Assembly (NCBI GenBank): GCA_008933045.1
Contig: WBXJ01000001.1
Span: 1-41,175, forward strand
Source of the DNA: Verrucomicrobiota bacterium
Lineage (GTDB): Bacteria > Verrucomicrobiota > Verrucomicrobiia > Limisphaerales > SXQI01
DNA length: 41,175 bases
Direction of reading: 5' to 3'
The position numbers and the translations under genes were made by a program. The notes beneath the pieces are model-generated. The model worked only from the letters and a program-made list of their open reading frames with translations. It was not told the DNA's origin and did not search any database. Positions 1-9,079 of this stretch are shown here, piece by piece. How positions within the stretch are numbered: position 1 is the first letter of the stretch; every line of letters begins with the position of its first letter.

Positions 1-530
1 ACAACCTGATTGCGCATCGCGGGATACCAAGGAACTGTTCCCATGATTTCACAGTCGGCCCGGTAACCCACGTTCCATGCGTAATCTCGAACGATCCGAC
101 CGGGCACAACTGTGGTGATGCCAGAAATGGTGGCTTGGATGCGACGGATATCGGCGTATTTCAAACCATAATCCAACGCAAAACCTTGTTGGTTATTGTT
201 CGCGACCTTTTGTTCTTCGGGTGCTTTGGTGCTTCGAAGGATGATGTTTTGACTCCCAAGACTTTTGATCTGTTCTTGCGCTTCATAACTTGCGCCTTCC
301 CCGATCGCCAACATCGCAATCACGCTACACACGCCGAACACGATTCCCAACACGGTGAGCAGGGAACGTAAGCGATGCAACCAGAGGCTCCGAAAGCCAA
401 GGCGGACTGTGCGATTCAGGCGGGCGGGCGACAGGGGTTCTAGGGTAGGGTGCCGGCTCACTCGTGTGCGAAGGTGGAGGCTTTCCGAGCGAGTTGCTGG
501 CTTGTGTAAAATAGGATCAACGGCGGACAT
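1..530 (-). CDS. ABC transporter permease, MacB/FtsX family (5' part only; gene runs off the left edge)
   Basis: Not in the ORF track because it is open to the window edge. Hand translation of the minus strand from ATG (528-530) gives [24 protein letters not shown]...GFRSLWLHRLRSLLTVLGIVFGVCSVIAMLAIGEGASYEAQEQIKSLGSQNIILRS... This is the first TM helix and the start of the periplasmic domain typical of MacB-type permeases. The start overlaps the stop of the upstream ATPase gene by 14 nt. Confidence 0.8.
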   Translation of the reverse strand, partial: MSAVDPILHKPATRSESLHLRTRVSRHPTLEPLSPARLNRTVRLGFRSLWLHRLRSLLTVLGIVFGVCSVIAMLAIGEGASYEAQEQIKSLGSQNIILRSTKAPEEQKVANNNQQGFALDYGLKYADIRRIQATISGITTVVPGRIVRDYAWNVGYRADCEIMGTVPWYPAMRNQV

Positions 531-1215
531 CAGATTCAATTTGTCCATCACGAAGGCGGACGTTTCGTTCGGCTCGTTGGGCCACATCGTCGTCATGTGT
601 GATCATGATGAGAGTTTTTCCCTGACGATGCAGATCATCAAAAATGTTTAAAATCTCAGATCCCGAACTGGAATCAAGATTTCCGGTCGCCTCGTCCGCA
701 AGAATTACCAAGGGGTCGTTGACTAACGCTCGCGCGATAGCTACCCGTTGCTGTTGTCCGCCTGAAAGCTCGTAAGGCTTGTGCTCAATGCGATCACTCA
801 GTCCGACTCGTGCTGCGAGTTGTTCAGCCACCGCGCGGCTTTTGTCCTGCGGCCATCCTTGATAATAAAGCGGGATCTCGATGTTTTCCACCACCGTCAG
901 TTGCTGGATTAAATTGTAGGATTGAAAGATGAAACCGAGCCGAGCACCCCGCAGTGTCGAAAGTTCATCATCCTCCAGTTCGGCCACATTATCATCCCCA
1001 AGATAATAAGCACCGCTCGTGGGACGATCCAGGCAGCCAAGAAGGTTCAGTAAGGTGGACTTTCCGCAGCCTGACGGCCCCATAATGCTCAGATACTCGC
1101 CGGCTTCAATCACCAGCGAAAGTCCTCTGAGAGCTTCCACTGTGATCAAGCCCATCTGGTAAGTCTTGCGAATGTTTTCGAGCCGAACGATAGAAGGTTT
1201 GCCCATGGAGCTCAT
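517..1215 (-). CDS. ABC transporter ATP-binding protein (MacB/LolD-type)
   Basis: 232-aa ORF with Walker [10 protein letters not shown], signature [15 protein letters not shown] and Walker [12 protein letters not shown]. It overlaps the adaptor gene by 4 nt and the permease gene by 14 nt. Confidence 0.95.
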   Translation of the reverse strand: MSSMGKPSIVRLENIRKTYQMGLITVEALRGLSLVIEAGEYLSIMGPSGCGKSTLLNLLGCLDRPTSGAYYLGDDNVAELEDDELSTLRGARLGFIFQSYNLIQQLTVVENIEIPLYYQGWPQDKSRAVAEQLAARVGLSDRIEHKPYELSGGQQQRVAIARALVNDPLVILADEATGNLDSSSGSEILNIFDDLHRQGKTLIMITHDDDVAQRAERNVRLRDGQIESDVRR

Positions 1216-2966
1216 CGATCTTTGGCCTGAGAGACTCTGGTCGTGGCGGACGCCGCTTTCGGCTCTTCACTCGTCTTTTGATCCAACTCCTTGGGCACCT
1301 CTGGCGCACGTAATGCAACGACATCACCCTCTTTCAATCCATTTTTAATGTGGATAAATTCGTCGTTGAATTGCCCAATCTCGACCACCCTTTGTTCAGA
1401 AGAGGATCCTTTGACGAGGTTTACAACGTGTTCATTTTTGACAAAAGAAACAGCTTGGATCGGGCAAAACAGGACTTGGTTGAGTTGATCCGCCAATATT
1501 TCAATCTTAGCACTCATGCCGGGTTTCAGCCATTCCCTAGTTCCTGTAATTTTAGTACTTGTTATGTATACTTTCAGCTCGGGGTTCATCCACCGATTCT
1601 GCGAGTCTGGCAACACTCCTACTTTCAATACTTCGCCCTCTAATTTTTCGTCTGGAAACGCGTCGAGACGAATAAGAACTTTCATCCCCTTTTTAACCTT
1701 TTTGATTTGAGATTCGTGGATGCGTGATTTGGCGGACATCAACGTCATGTCGGGGATCGTAATGATCGTTTGTCGTTCGCGGATGCTCGCCCCTTCGCGT
1801 ATTTGTTCTTGGTTCCAGTTATTATTGTCGCCCGTACCCCCATACACCACGAGGCCCGTTTTCAAAGCGCGGATGGTGCATTTTCCTAATTGCTCTAAGA
1901 GGTTCGTCCGTTGTTCATCCATGATCCGGTAACGACCCTGAGATGACTTTAATTTTGCCGTAGATTGAGTAATTTTAGAAACCGCCTCTTTGCCGGTCCG
2001 ATCCAATAGTCGAAACGCCTCCTCATATTTTGAGAATAGTTCCTCTGCGGTTTTCGGAAATTCGTAACGGAAAAAAAGGTCGCGGGCCGTTTCGGCGGTT
2101 TGGACTTTTAAGTCATTTTTCTTCACGTTCAATTGGTCATTCTCCAACGTGCTACGGGTCACAAATCCCTTTTCTGAAAGCCGCTGCGTGCCTTCGAATA
2201 GATTTTTCGCCAATCCAAATTCAGACTTCGCAACTAAAAGGTCGTCATCAAATTTGCGCAATTTTTGTTTGGCCTCACCGTTTCCGAGCAGTTCGACCTT
2301 GGCGTATTTAGAAAAATCAATCTGCGCAGGTTGGATAGAAGTCGTGTTGTAATTGGTATCAGGTCGCCGAGTGAAAATTTCTAAATCGAGCGCATTGATG
2401 ATCTCTGCCGCCGCTTCGGTTCCGATAAATTTCTCCAGGTCCATCCGTGCGAAACGGACTTTTTGCTCCGCTGCTTTGATGTCGCTTTGGTTCTGATTCA
2501 GTTGAATGCCGTGAGCCTGCTGCGCATCAGCGAGTGCTGCGATGCTCGTTTCGATCTCGATTTCTTGAGTAGTGATCCGCTGCTTTAGCTGAGAAGAATC
2601 TAATTCCACGAGGATTTTGTGCTTCTTCACGTCTTCCTCCGTGACGAGATAACCCTCCTCAATAATACTGAGGATCTTCGTCCCCTCATACCCTTTAACC
2701 TCTGAACGCAGTTCCTGAGATTCCAAAGCCTCGATGCTGGCAGCTTCTACCACTGTGATCGGTAGATCACTCCGACGCACAACAAAAGTGCTTCCCATTG
2801 ACGCACTAGGCCCACGCCGCACCAGTATCACCGCAACAATCGCAACGACTGCGATCCCCAGCAGAAGCACCTTCCGCACCGACCCCGATCGCGAATCTTG
2901 ACTGCTGCGCAGAGCGACTGCTTGCAGGTCACCCTGTGGGTATTTTTGCTCAAGGTTTATTTGCAT
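1212..2966 (-). CDS. HlyD-family periplasmic adaptor (membrane fusion protein), long form
   Basis: 584-aa ORF. It has an N-terminal TM helix (VLLLGIAVVAIVAVILV), a very long helical/coiled-coil middle section, and a C-terminal beta-barrel-like segment (GMKVLIRLDAFPDEKLEGEVLKVG...GMSAKIEI). It sits between a TolC-like gene and an ABC ATPase gene. Confidence 0.9.
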   Translation of the reverse strand: MQINLEQKYPQGDLQAVALRSSQDSRSGSVRKVLLLGIAVVAIVAVILVRRGPSASMGSTFVVRRSDLPITVVEAASIEALESQELRSEVKGYEGTKILSIIEEGYLVTEEDVKKHKILVELDSSQLKQRITTQEIEIETSIAALADAQQAHGIQLNQNQSDIKAAEQKVRFARMDLEKFIGTEAAAEIINALDLEIFTRRPDTNYNTTSIQPAQIDFSKYAKVELLGNGEAKQKLRKFDDDLLVAKSEFGLAKNLFEGTQRLSEKGFVTRSTLENDQLNVKKNDLKVQTAETARDLFFRYEFPKTAEELFSKYEEAFRLLDRTGKEAVSKITQSTAKLKSSQGRYRIMDEQRTNLLEQLGKCTIRALKTGLVVYGGTGDNNNWNQEQIREGASIRERQTIITIPDMTLMSAKSRIHESQIKKVKKGMKVLIRLDAFPDEKLEGEVLKVGVLPDSQNRWMNPELKVYITSTKITGTREWLKPGMSAKIEILADQLNQVLFCPIQAVSFVKNEHVVNLVKGSSSEQRVVEIGQFNDEFIHIKNGLKEGDVVALRAPEVPKELDQKTSEEPKAASATTRVSQAKDR

Positions 2967-4671
2967 GTTTCAACTCGTTCCATTGACCATTCGGTTTGAT
3001 AAATAGCATTCCTAAATCACGCCAAAACTGCAGCCGTGCAACCGTGTGTTCTACAAGCGCGGTTGTGCGTTGGTTGTGGGAGCTGATGAGATCCGTTCGT
3101 GCATCCACCAAATCCCGCGCCGTGCCACGGCCAAGTTGCATAAGCAACTCCTGTTCCTCCACACGACGTTGGCTGAGTTTTACCCCAATTTCCGCAACTT
3201 CGTAATTCTGTTTGGCTTGTGCAAGCGTTCTCCATCCGTCTTGAATTTCCAGTTTGATCTGGTCAACAGCGAGCTGAAGATTACGCCCAGCACGGTCGTA
3301 GTTGATGATCGATGTGCGGTACCCGTTGCGCTCAGCCTTGCGGTTAAGGGGCAATCGAGTGTCGAATCCCGCCGTCCATCGCATCCGTTCGTAATCCAAC
3401 TGCAGCGGACTGTTGCCGGCACTGTTGTAGGCGGTCGCGCCAACCACTAAATTCAAATCCGGCAAGAGTGCGTTCTTGGACACACCCACTTTACGTCCTG
3501 CATCTTCGAATTGATCTTTTGTATTGTAAAGATCGAGGCGCGTTTCAAGAGCAATACTCATCGCCTGATTGACGCTTATTTCTGGGTGTAAAATCGCGAG
3601 TTTTTCTAGTTCCTCATCCGCGAGAACTAGGTTTGTGTCTACAGGGATACCTAGAAGAATCTTAAATTGATCCAGGCTCTGTTTGTAATTGCGATAGGCG
3701 TTATTCCACTGGGTTTCAGTGGTGAGTTGTGCTTGTTGTAACTGACCCAAAGCAGCCTGCGTTCGTTGCCCTTCCTTGGCAAAGGATTCCTCGCGCTCCA
3801 CGTTCAGACGAAAATTCTGCAACCCAATCCACGCGTTCTTGACCCGATCTCTGTTCTGCAAAACTTGGTAGTAAGTAGTCGCGATTTGCACGCTGAAATC
3901 TTTTCGGAAACGTGCAAAATTACGCAATTCATAGAGCAGATCGCGTTCAGCCTGTGTCAACTGTTCCCGAGCGACCTTAAATCCTGCACCTCGCAGCAAT
4001 GGTTGTGTTAACCTGGCGCCTAGCCTCGAATTCGAAACGCTGGGCAGACCTCCAGTCAGGATGCTCGAAAAATCAACCGAGAAATCTGAAGCGATCTGTC
4101 CTCCACTCCTGAGCAATATTCGGACTCCGGTATCAGCATGTAGTTGAAGTTGTTGTTGCTGAGCAGATGCGACCTCAGTCTGTTTGACTACTGTGCCATC
4201 CACCAGTCGAGAGATTTCCCGCGTGACATCAACGGGTGCGGTGGCCCCGATGGCACTCGAACCGCTGGAAAATATTGGTGTAAAAGTATGGCGAGATTGC
4301 GTCAAACTGAGCGCAGTCAGAAAAACGGTCTCTTTCCGATTTTGGTAACTTCGACTATGGAGGACTGCGATTTCCAGCGATTCTTCTAGGGTGATAACAT
4401 GCGCCCCGACCTCAATCCCTTTATTACCGCCAAAAAATTCCTGCTCATCCTTTCGTAAGGGAAATTTTTCCAATGAGAACGCAGTTGGATGGTCGATCGT
4501 AAAATGCTCATCCATATTCGGAACGAGCGGCGTTTTTTCAGCAATCGTCCGAGCAACCTCTTTGTCGGCTGATTTGCGGAAATGCGTGGAACTGCAACCC
4601 GCTCCCCAGATCCCCAAAGCGAGCGAGGAAATGACCGCTGTCAAACGGGCTTGAATGGAACAATGGATCAT
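2950..4671 (-). CDS. TolC-family outer membrane efflux protein (lipoprotein signal)
   Basis: 573-aa ORF with signal peptide and lipobox (LALGIWGAGC). It has two repeats of the OEP helical pattern (e.g. YYQVLQNRDRV..., AQAKQNYEVAEIGVKLSQRRVEEQELLMQLGRGTARDLVDA). The stop overlaps the adaptor start by 17 nt. Confidence 0.9.
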   Translation of the reverse strand: MIHCSIQARLTAVISSLALGIWGAGCSSTHFRKSADKEVARTIAEKTPLVPNMDEHFTIDHPTAFSLEKFPLRKDEQEFFGGNKGIEVGAHVITLEESLEIAVLHSRSYQNRKETVFLTALSLTQSRHTFTPIFSSGSSAIGATAPVDVTREISRLVDGTVVKQTEVASAQQQQLQLHADTGVRILLRSGGQIASDFSVDFSSILTGGLPSVSNSRLGARLTQPLLRGAGFKVAREQLTQAERDLLYELRNFARFRKDFSVQIATTYYQVLQNRDRVKNAWIGLQNFRLNVEREESFAKEGQRTQAALGQLQQAQLTTETQWNNAYRNYKQSLDQFKILLGIPVDTNLVLADEELEKLAILHPEISVNQAMSIALETRLDLYNTKDQFEDAGRKVGVSKNALLPDLNLVVGATAYNSAGNSPLQLDYERMRWTAGFDTRLPLNRKAERNGYRTSIINYDRAGRNLQLAVDQIKLEIQDGWRTLAQAKQNYEVAEIGVKLSQRRVEEQELLMQLGRGTARDLVDARTDLISSHNQRTTALVEHTVARLQFWRDLGMLFIKPNGQWNELKHANKP

Positions 4672-4715
4672 CAGTGTCTTGAGTTCCTAACGGGAGAACG
4701 GGTTGCGAAACTTCC

Positions 4716-7700
4716 CTATTTGGCGGCTACCTTAGGGGTCTCAGGTTTAGGTGCGGTGAAAGAATGGAGGAGCTTTGCCTTGGGTGCGTCGAAGAGTCGG
4801 AGGGTGCCGTTTTGCCCACCAGCGACGACGTAGCGACCATCGGGTGTTACGGCGGCGGATTGTACAAAATCTCCTTCGGCCTCCATCGTCCGGACGTTCT
4901 CACCGTTATCCCTCACTTGTCGGATTTTTTGATCACCAGAACTTGCTATGAATTCATTACTGGCGTCGAGAAATTGGATTGAAGTCACTTCTTTTCCAAA
5001 ATCGCTGATGGTCTTACGTTGTTCACCCGAGGGTACATCCCAGACCTTCACCACTTTGTCAGCTCCTGAGGTCGCTAAGGAGCGACCATCTTGTTTCCAA
5101 GCGATTCCAAGGACGTGATGGGTATGTCCTTCAAATGATTTAATCTGTTTACCTGTCGCCACATCAAAGGTTCGTCCAAATTTGTCTGCGCCGCCTGATG
5201 CCAAGAATTGGTCATCGTACGAAAATCTCAAGGTGTAAACGGTGTCGCTATGCGGATCTTTAAAGTCACGGAGTAATTTTCCATCAGCGACTTGCCAAAG
5301 TTTGATCTCGCCGCTCCGCGAGGGAGCACCTCCCCCCGAAGCGAGCTTCGTTCCATCGTGTGAAAATGCCACAGTGAGCACTCGGTCAACAATCGAGGAC
5401 TGGTCATCTCCAGTTCCTAAAGTGCGTTCGAGTACCCATTGGTTGTCGAAACCAAGCGAGAGGGTCGATTGTCCTGCTCGGATTACCGCGATACGATACT
5501 CACCTAGGGGTGAAATCTCCATGACGGGTGTCGGTTTGGGGCCGTTGATAGGCACAGTTCTAATTTCCACTGGATCTCCCGTCGTGGCACTGAAGGTGAG
5601 AATCAAACCATCCTCCGTGCCAACGGCCAACAGATGTCCTCCGCTGAGGAATGCTAAGCTTCGTGGCGGATGCGTTGCTTTGTTTGATCGATCACGAGCG
5701 GCAGTAGACTTACTTTCCTGATCCTTTTGCTTAGCCTCGGCTGCAACAAGATTTGTTTTGTTGCGAACGAGAGTTTCCTCGGCATTCTTCGAAACCGTGG
5801 TTGTCGATTGCAGATTTCGATCAGCTAACTGCGTTGCATCATCAGCTTTTTTTTGAGCTTCGGTTGCTTCAGCTAAAGTCTTTTCGGCAGATTTGAGCTT
5901 GTTCTCATTGTCCGCGACCTGCGAAGAGATCGGTGTCGCAGCATTGCCGGCGGTAGTGAGGTTGTCAGCGGCAATTTTCAGGCGTTCCTTCGCTTCACTC
6001 ACCTCTTTGTCCGCAATAGCCTTTAACGAATGATTCGCGTCGAGAGCGTTTTTTGCGATTGTGGCACGGTCGATTGTGGTCTCGGTATCCGCAGCTTTAG
6101 CAACTGCCGCTTCCTGCACTGATTTGTAAGCCGCATCTCGTTTTTCCTGAGCGCGGGCCAAGAGTTCTTTGGCTTGACCTTGGCGATCATTGGCGCGATT
6201 CAAATCGGCTTTTGCGGCTTCATTGAGTTTATCCGCTAACGATTTGTTATCATTAGCAACTTTCAGAAAGGATTGTGTCGTTTTGAGCTGGTTCTCGACA
6301 TTGCTCCGCACGGCACCTGCCTTCTCAGTGGCCTCTTTTTTTTCTGCAGAAGCTTTTGTAGTTTTATCCTTAATTTCGGTAACTTTTTTTAATGCCTCAG
6401 CTTCGGCTTTTTGGCTTTTGTCGGCCGAATCAACGGTAGTTTTTTGGAAGTCCACTTCGGCTTTGGCAAAAATTAAATCTCGATCCTGCTGACTAGCCTG
6501 AGCGGTTAAAGTAACATCGCCCTTCGGCTCAGCGATGGGATCACCTTTTTCAGTATCAAATAATTTGAACGATTGGGCACTGGCCGCAGCAACCCGATGT
6601 TGTTCCGAGTGGATTGCGATCGCGGTCACCGAACTACCCAACTTCCATTCACGTCGTGGTTCCCCTTTTTTTGCATCCCAGAGTTTGATAATCCCTTCCT
6701 CGTCACCTGAGACTAATTGAGGGTTCTCGCCGGATGTTCCAGCTATTGCCGTAATGGGCTTGGTATGTCCGGCGATTTTTTGCAAGGGAAGCGTGTTAGT
6801 GGAAGGACTTGCTGACCAGATTTCAATTACCTTACCAGCAGTTGCGATCTGTTGGTTTTCCCCTAGCCAGGTTAGCACTCGGGAATCGCTCGAAACTTGG
6901 TTCGTCACAAGGGCGTTGGTGTTTGAAAAATTCCAGACTCGCAACGTGTTGTCCTGAGCCAAGGAGGCAAGCAACGTGCTATTGGGAGAGAATTTTACCT
7001 GCCGAACTTCGCCTGTGTGCCCGTTCAACGTGCGAACAACCAAACCGGATTGGGCGTCGTGGAGTTGGATGTGGTGATTCGTGGTAACTGAGGCAGCCCA
7101 CCGTCCATCAAGGCTAATAGCTAATAACCGTCCACTTGTCGTCGCGTTTGTTGTCAGCAAGGGTAGGGGATCGTTCAGTTTTTTTCTCCACAATTTGATG
7201 GATCGGAACCCGCCTGAAGCTAACAGTTGGCCATCAGGTGAAAATGCAAGTGACTCGATAACATCCCGATCTGCCACTTCCATATCTTTATAAAGCCCTG
7301 ATTTTGCCAGCTCCGGATCTGCTAACCGTGTTAAAAACTGCGCCGTAGGAATGTCGTAGATGTGGACCTGATTACCTCGATTGCAGGCGGCGAATCGCCC
7401 ATCAGCAGTGATGGTGACGGCGTTGATGCTCGCTAACTCCTTAGGGAGTGGTTGCCAGACAATCGGGGGGAGGATGTTTGAGACCGCTCCAGTGGCACCT
7501 TGATTGATCCATAACTGCATCAGACCAAGCTCATCAGGCGTGAGGGGTTGGGCGTCGGCTTTATTGTTTTTGGGTGGCATGAAGGGTTTCTCCAACCGTG
7601 CCGCAAGTTTGAGCATGAGGCTCTCATGGGCCTTGCCGGGGACAAGCGCCGGGCCCGTCTCCCCCCCTTTGAGGAGAGCGACAGGGTTTTCCATGACCAG

Positions 7701-7958
7701 ACTGCCTTTAGCATCGCTGGCGTTATGGCAAGGGAGACAACTCTTCCGGAAAATCGGGAGAACCTCCTTCGCAAAATCCACAATGTTAGTGCGGGTAAGC
7801 TTCGCGATTTGAATACTATTAGTGGCAGTGGTCGTAGCAGTTTCGGCGGCCATCCCCAGCGGCCAAAGGCTGCAGACACCGGCGATGACCACAGCCCCAC
7901 CCAACCTCGTCAGCCATCGATGTGAGATTAACCGCAGTTCAGAACAAAAAAAAGGCAT
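4716..7958 (-). CDS. Secreted c-type cytochrome domain / double WD40 beta-propeller protein with central coiled coil
   Basis: 1080-aa ORF with a Sec signal (AVVIAGVCSLWPLGMA). Heme motif CLPCH lies at aa 74-78 (nt 7725-7739) in planctomycete-cytochrome-c-like context (VLPIFRKSCLPCHN...GGETGPALVPGK). WD40-like blades cover aa ~175-480 (LAFSPDGQLLASGG; GHTGEVRQVKFSPNSTLLASLAQDNTLRVWN). An A/K/E/T-rich coiled coil covers aa ~485-760. A second propeller covers aa ~765-1075 (GHTHHVLGIAWKQDGRSLATSGADKVVKVWD). Confidence 0.9.
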   Translation of the reverse strand: MPFFCSELRLISHRWLTRLGGAVVIAGVCSLWPLGMAAETATTTATNSIQIAKLTRTNIVDFAKEVLPIFRKSCLPCHNASDAKGSLVMENPVALLKGGETGPALVPGKAHESLMLKLAARLEKPFMPPKNNKADAQPLTPDELGLMQLWINQGATGAVSNILPPIVWQPLPKELASINAVTITADGRFAACNRGNQVHIYDIPTAQFLTRLADPELAKSGLYKDMEVADRDVIESLAFSPDGQLLASGGFRSIKLWRKKLNDPLPLLTTNATTSGRLLAISLDGRWAASVTTNHHIQLHDAQSGLVVRTLNGHTGEVRQVKFSPNSTLLASLAQDNTLRVWNFSNTNALVTNQVSSDSRVLTWLGENQQIATAGKVIEIWSASPSTNTLPLQKIAGHTKPITAIAGTSGENPQLVSGDEEGIIKLWDAKKGEPRREWKLGSSVTAIAIHSEQHRVAAASAQSFKLFDTEKGDPIAEPKGDVTLTAQASQQDRDLIFAKAEVDFQKTTVDSADKSQKAEAEALKKVTEIKDKTTKASAEKKEATEKAGAVRSNVENQLKTTQSFLKVANDNKSLADKLNEAAKADLNRANDRQGQAKELLARAQEKRDAAYKSVQEAAVAKAADTETTIDRATIAKNALDANHSLKAIADKEVSEAKERLKIAADNLTTAGNAATPISSQVADNENKLKSAEKTLAEATEAQKKADDATQLADRNLQSTTTVSKNAEETLVRNKTNLVAAEAKQKDQESKSTAARDRSNKATHPPRSLAFLSGGHLLAVGTEDGLILTFSATTGDPVEIRTVPINGPKPTPVMEISPLGEYRIAVIRAGQSTLSLGFDNQWVLERTLGTGDDQSSIVDRVLTVAFSHDGTKLASGGGAPSRSGEIKLWQVADGKLLRDFKDPHSDTVYTLRFSYDDQFLASGGADKFGRTFDVATGKQIKSFEGHTHHVLGIAWKQDGRSLATSGADKVVKVWDVPSGEQRKTISDFGKEVTSIQFLDASNEFIASSGDQKIRQVRDNGENVRTMEAEGDFVQSAAVTPDGRYVVAGGQNGTLRLFDAPKAKLLHSFTAPKPETPKVAAK

Positions 7959-8022
7959 GCAAATCTTCTAAAGTAATGACGTCCGATCGCAAGGGATTAT
8001 TCGGGCAATCGGTTCAAAGTAA

Positions 8023-9048
8023 TCAATTGGTTCGATAGTGCTCGAGGACAAGTTCTGCGGATTTGCGCAGTGAGCTGATCAAATCAAGGGGTTTCAGCAC
8101 CTTGGCGTTGGCACCCCATCCGAGCAACCATCGATTGATTTCAACGAGGCTTGAGAGCTTTAGTTTTAGTTCGATCCCACCATCAGGCAGCTCTCGTAAT
8201 TCCTGAGATGGGTGCCACTTTTTCTCTCGAATGTAATCTGCTACCAGTTCGTTGAAATGAATCACCACTTCATGCTGAGCCGCTCCCGAGTGAATTCCGA
8301 AGGAGTTTTTGAGTAAATTCTGAATGGAGAAATTGGCAGGCCTTTTGAAGCTCTCGCCGGTCAACTCAACCCCTTTAATGCGTGCGGGGACGAAGGTGCG
8401 AATATCTTTCCGAAGATGGCACCAAGCAAACAGAAACCACTCCCCATTCACGTTCGCTAAATGGTAGGGGTTGACGATGCGTAGTTCGATTTGTTTGTTG
8501 CCAGGTTTGCGATATTGCAACCGAAGTTGTTCGTGCCGTGCCACAGCTCGAGAGATGATCTGAAACGTTTCCAAGTTCAGGACAGTCTCAGCGGTAGTAC
8601 GAAACGAGATGGTTTGATCCCAGTCCGCTAGATTGAGCGAAATCGTGTCCGGCAAACTGGCAGATATTTTTCTAAAAGCACTTAGCAACGGTCGCTCAAA
8701 AGAAGTTCCCCGATATTGTTGAAGTGCTTTTTCCGCAACCACCAAGGCTATCAATTCACCCTCCGTAATCTGCAAAACGGGAAATCCGCTGACCTCCGAA
8801 CTATAAAAAAAACCGTTCTTGAGCCGATCAAATTCAATCGGCAAATTCATGCGGTCACGCATGAAATCAAGATCACGATAGATCGACTTGGTGGAAACTT
8901 CGAGTTGAGTAGCCAGTTGAGTGGCGTTGGGACGAACTCCGCTTTGGAGCTCCTGATGGATCCGCATCATTCGCTCCAAAGGAGGCCGCGACTGCGGGAC
9001 TCCTTCGATAGAGCGGGTAGCTTTAAGTTTACGACTCGACTTGGGCAT
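8023..9048 (-). CDS. WYL-domain transcriptional regulator (HTH + WYL + C-terminal extension; YafY/PafC-like)
   Basis: 341-aa ORF. N-terminal HTH (ATQLATQLEVSTKSIYRDLDFMRDRMNLPIEFD), then a WYL-type core (LRIVNPYHLANVNGEWFLFAWCHLRKDIRTFVPARIKGVELTGESF), then a WCX-like tail (...INRWLLGWGANAKVLKPLDL). Confidence 0.85.
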   Translation of the reverse strand: MPKSSRKLKATRSIEGVPQSRPPLERMMRIHQELQSGVRPNATQLATQLEVSTKSIYRDLDFMRDRMNLPIEFDRLKNGFFYSSEVSGFPVLQITEGELIALVVAEKALQQYRGTSFERPLLSAFRKISASLPDTISLNLADWDQTISFRTTAETVLNLETFQIISRAVARHEQLRLQYRKPGNKQIELRIVNPYHLANVNGEWFLFAWCHLRKDIRTFVPARIKGVELTGESFKRPANFSIQNLLKNSFGIHSGAAQHEVVIHFNELVADYIREKKWHPSQELRELPDGGIELKLKLSSLVEINRWLLGWGANAKVLKPLDLISSLRKSAELVLEHYRTN

Positions 9049-9079
9049 TGCAGCCTGAGTTCTCCATCAAAACTTCCGA

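Noticed and set aside
135-651. Plus-strand ORFs of 78 and 98 aa at the left edge
   Set aside because: They lie antisense to a much better minus-strand reading frame that encodes a recognisable MacB-type permease N-terminus. Their sequences are Arg/Cys-rich and non-protein-like.
5679-6506. Coiled-coil coding region as a possible nucleotide tandem repeat or CRISPR-like array
   Set aside because: I see no exact or near-exact periodic nucleotide unit. The repetitiveness is only in amino-acid composition (A/K/E/T).
7520-7925. Overlapping 125-126-aa ORFs on both strands inside the 5' end of the WD40 gene
   Set aside because: They are shadow ORFs within a strongly supported 1080-aa gene. Their sequences are Arg/Ser/Pro-rich and low in complexity.
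7946-7953. A8/T8 homopolymer at codons 3-5 of the WD40 gene as a phase-variation switch (similar 8-mers at 5847-5854, 6346-6353 and 8805-8812)
   Set aside because: The runs are explained by Phe or Lys codons and are at the low end of lengths associated with slipped-strand switching. There is no population or length-variation evidence available.
8023-9048. WYL regulator as a marker of an anti-phage defence island
   Set aside because: No nuclease, helicase, methyltransferase, TIR/SIR2, cyclase, reverse transcriptase or toxin-like gene is adjacent. The neighbours are rho and an efflux-type block. This is kept only as a regulatory hypothesis.
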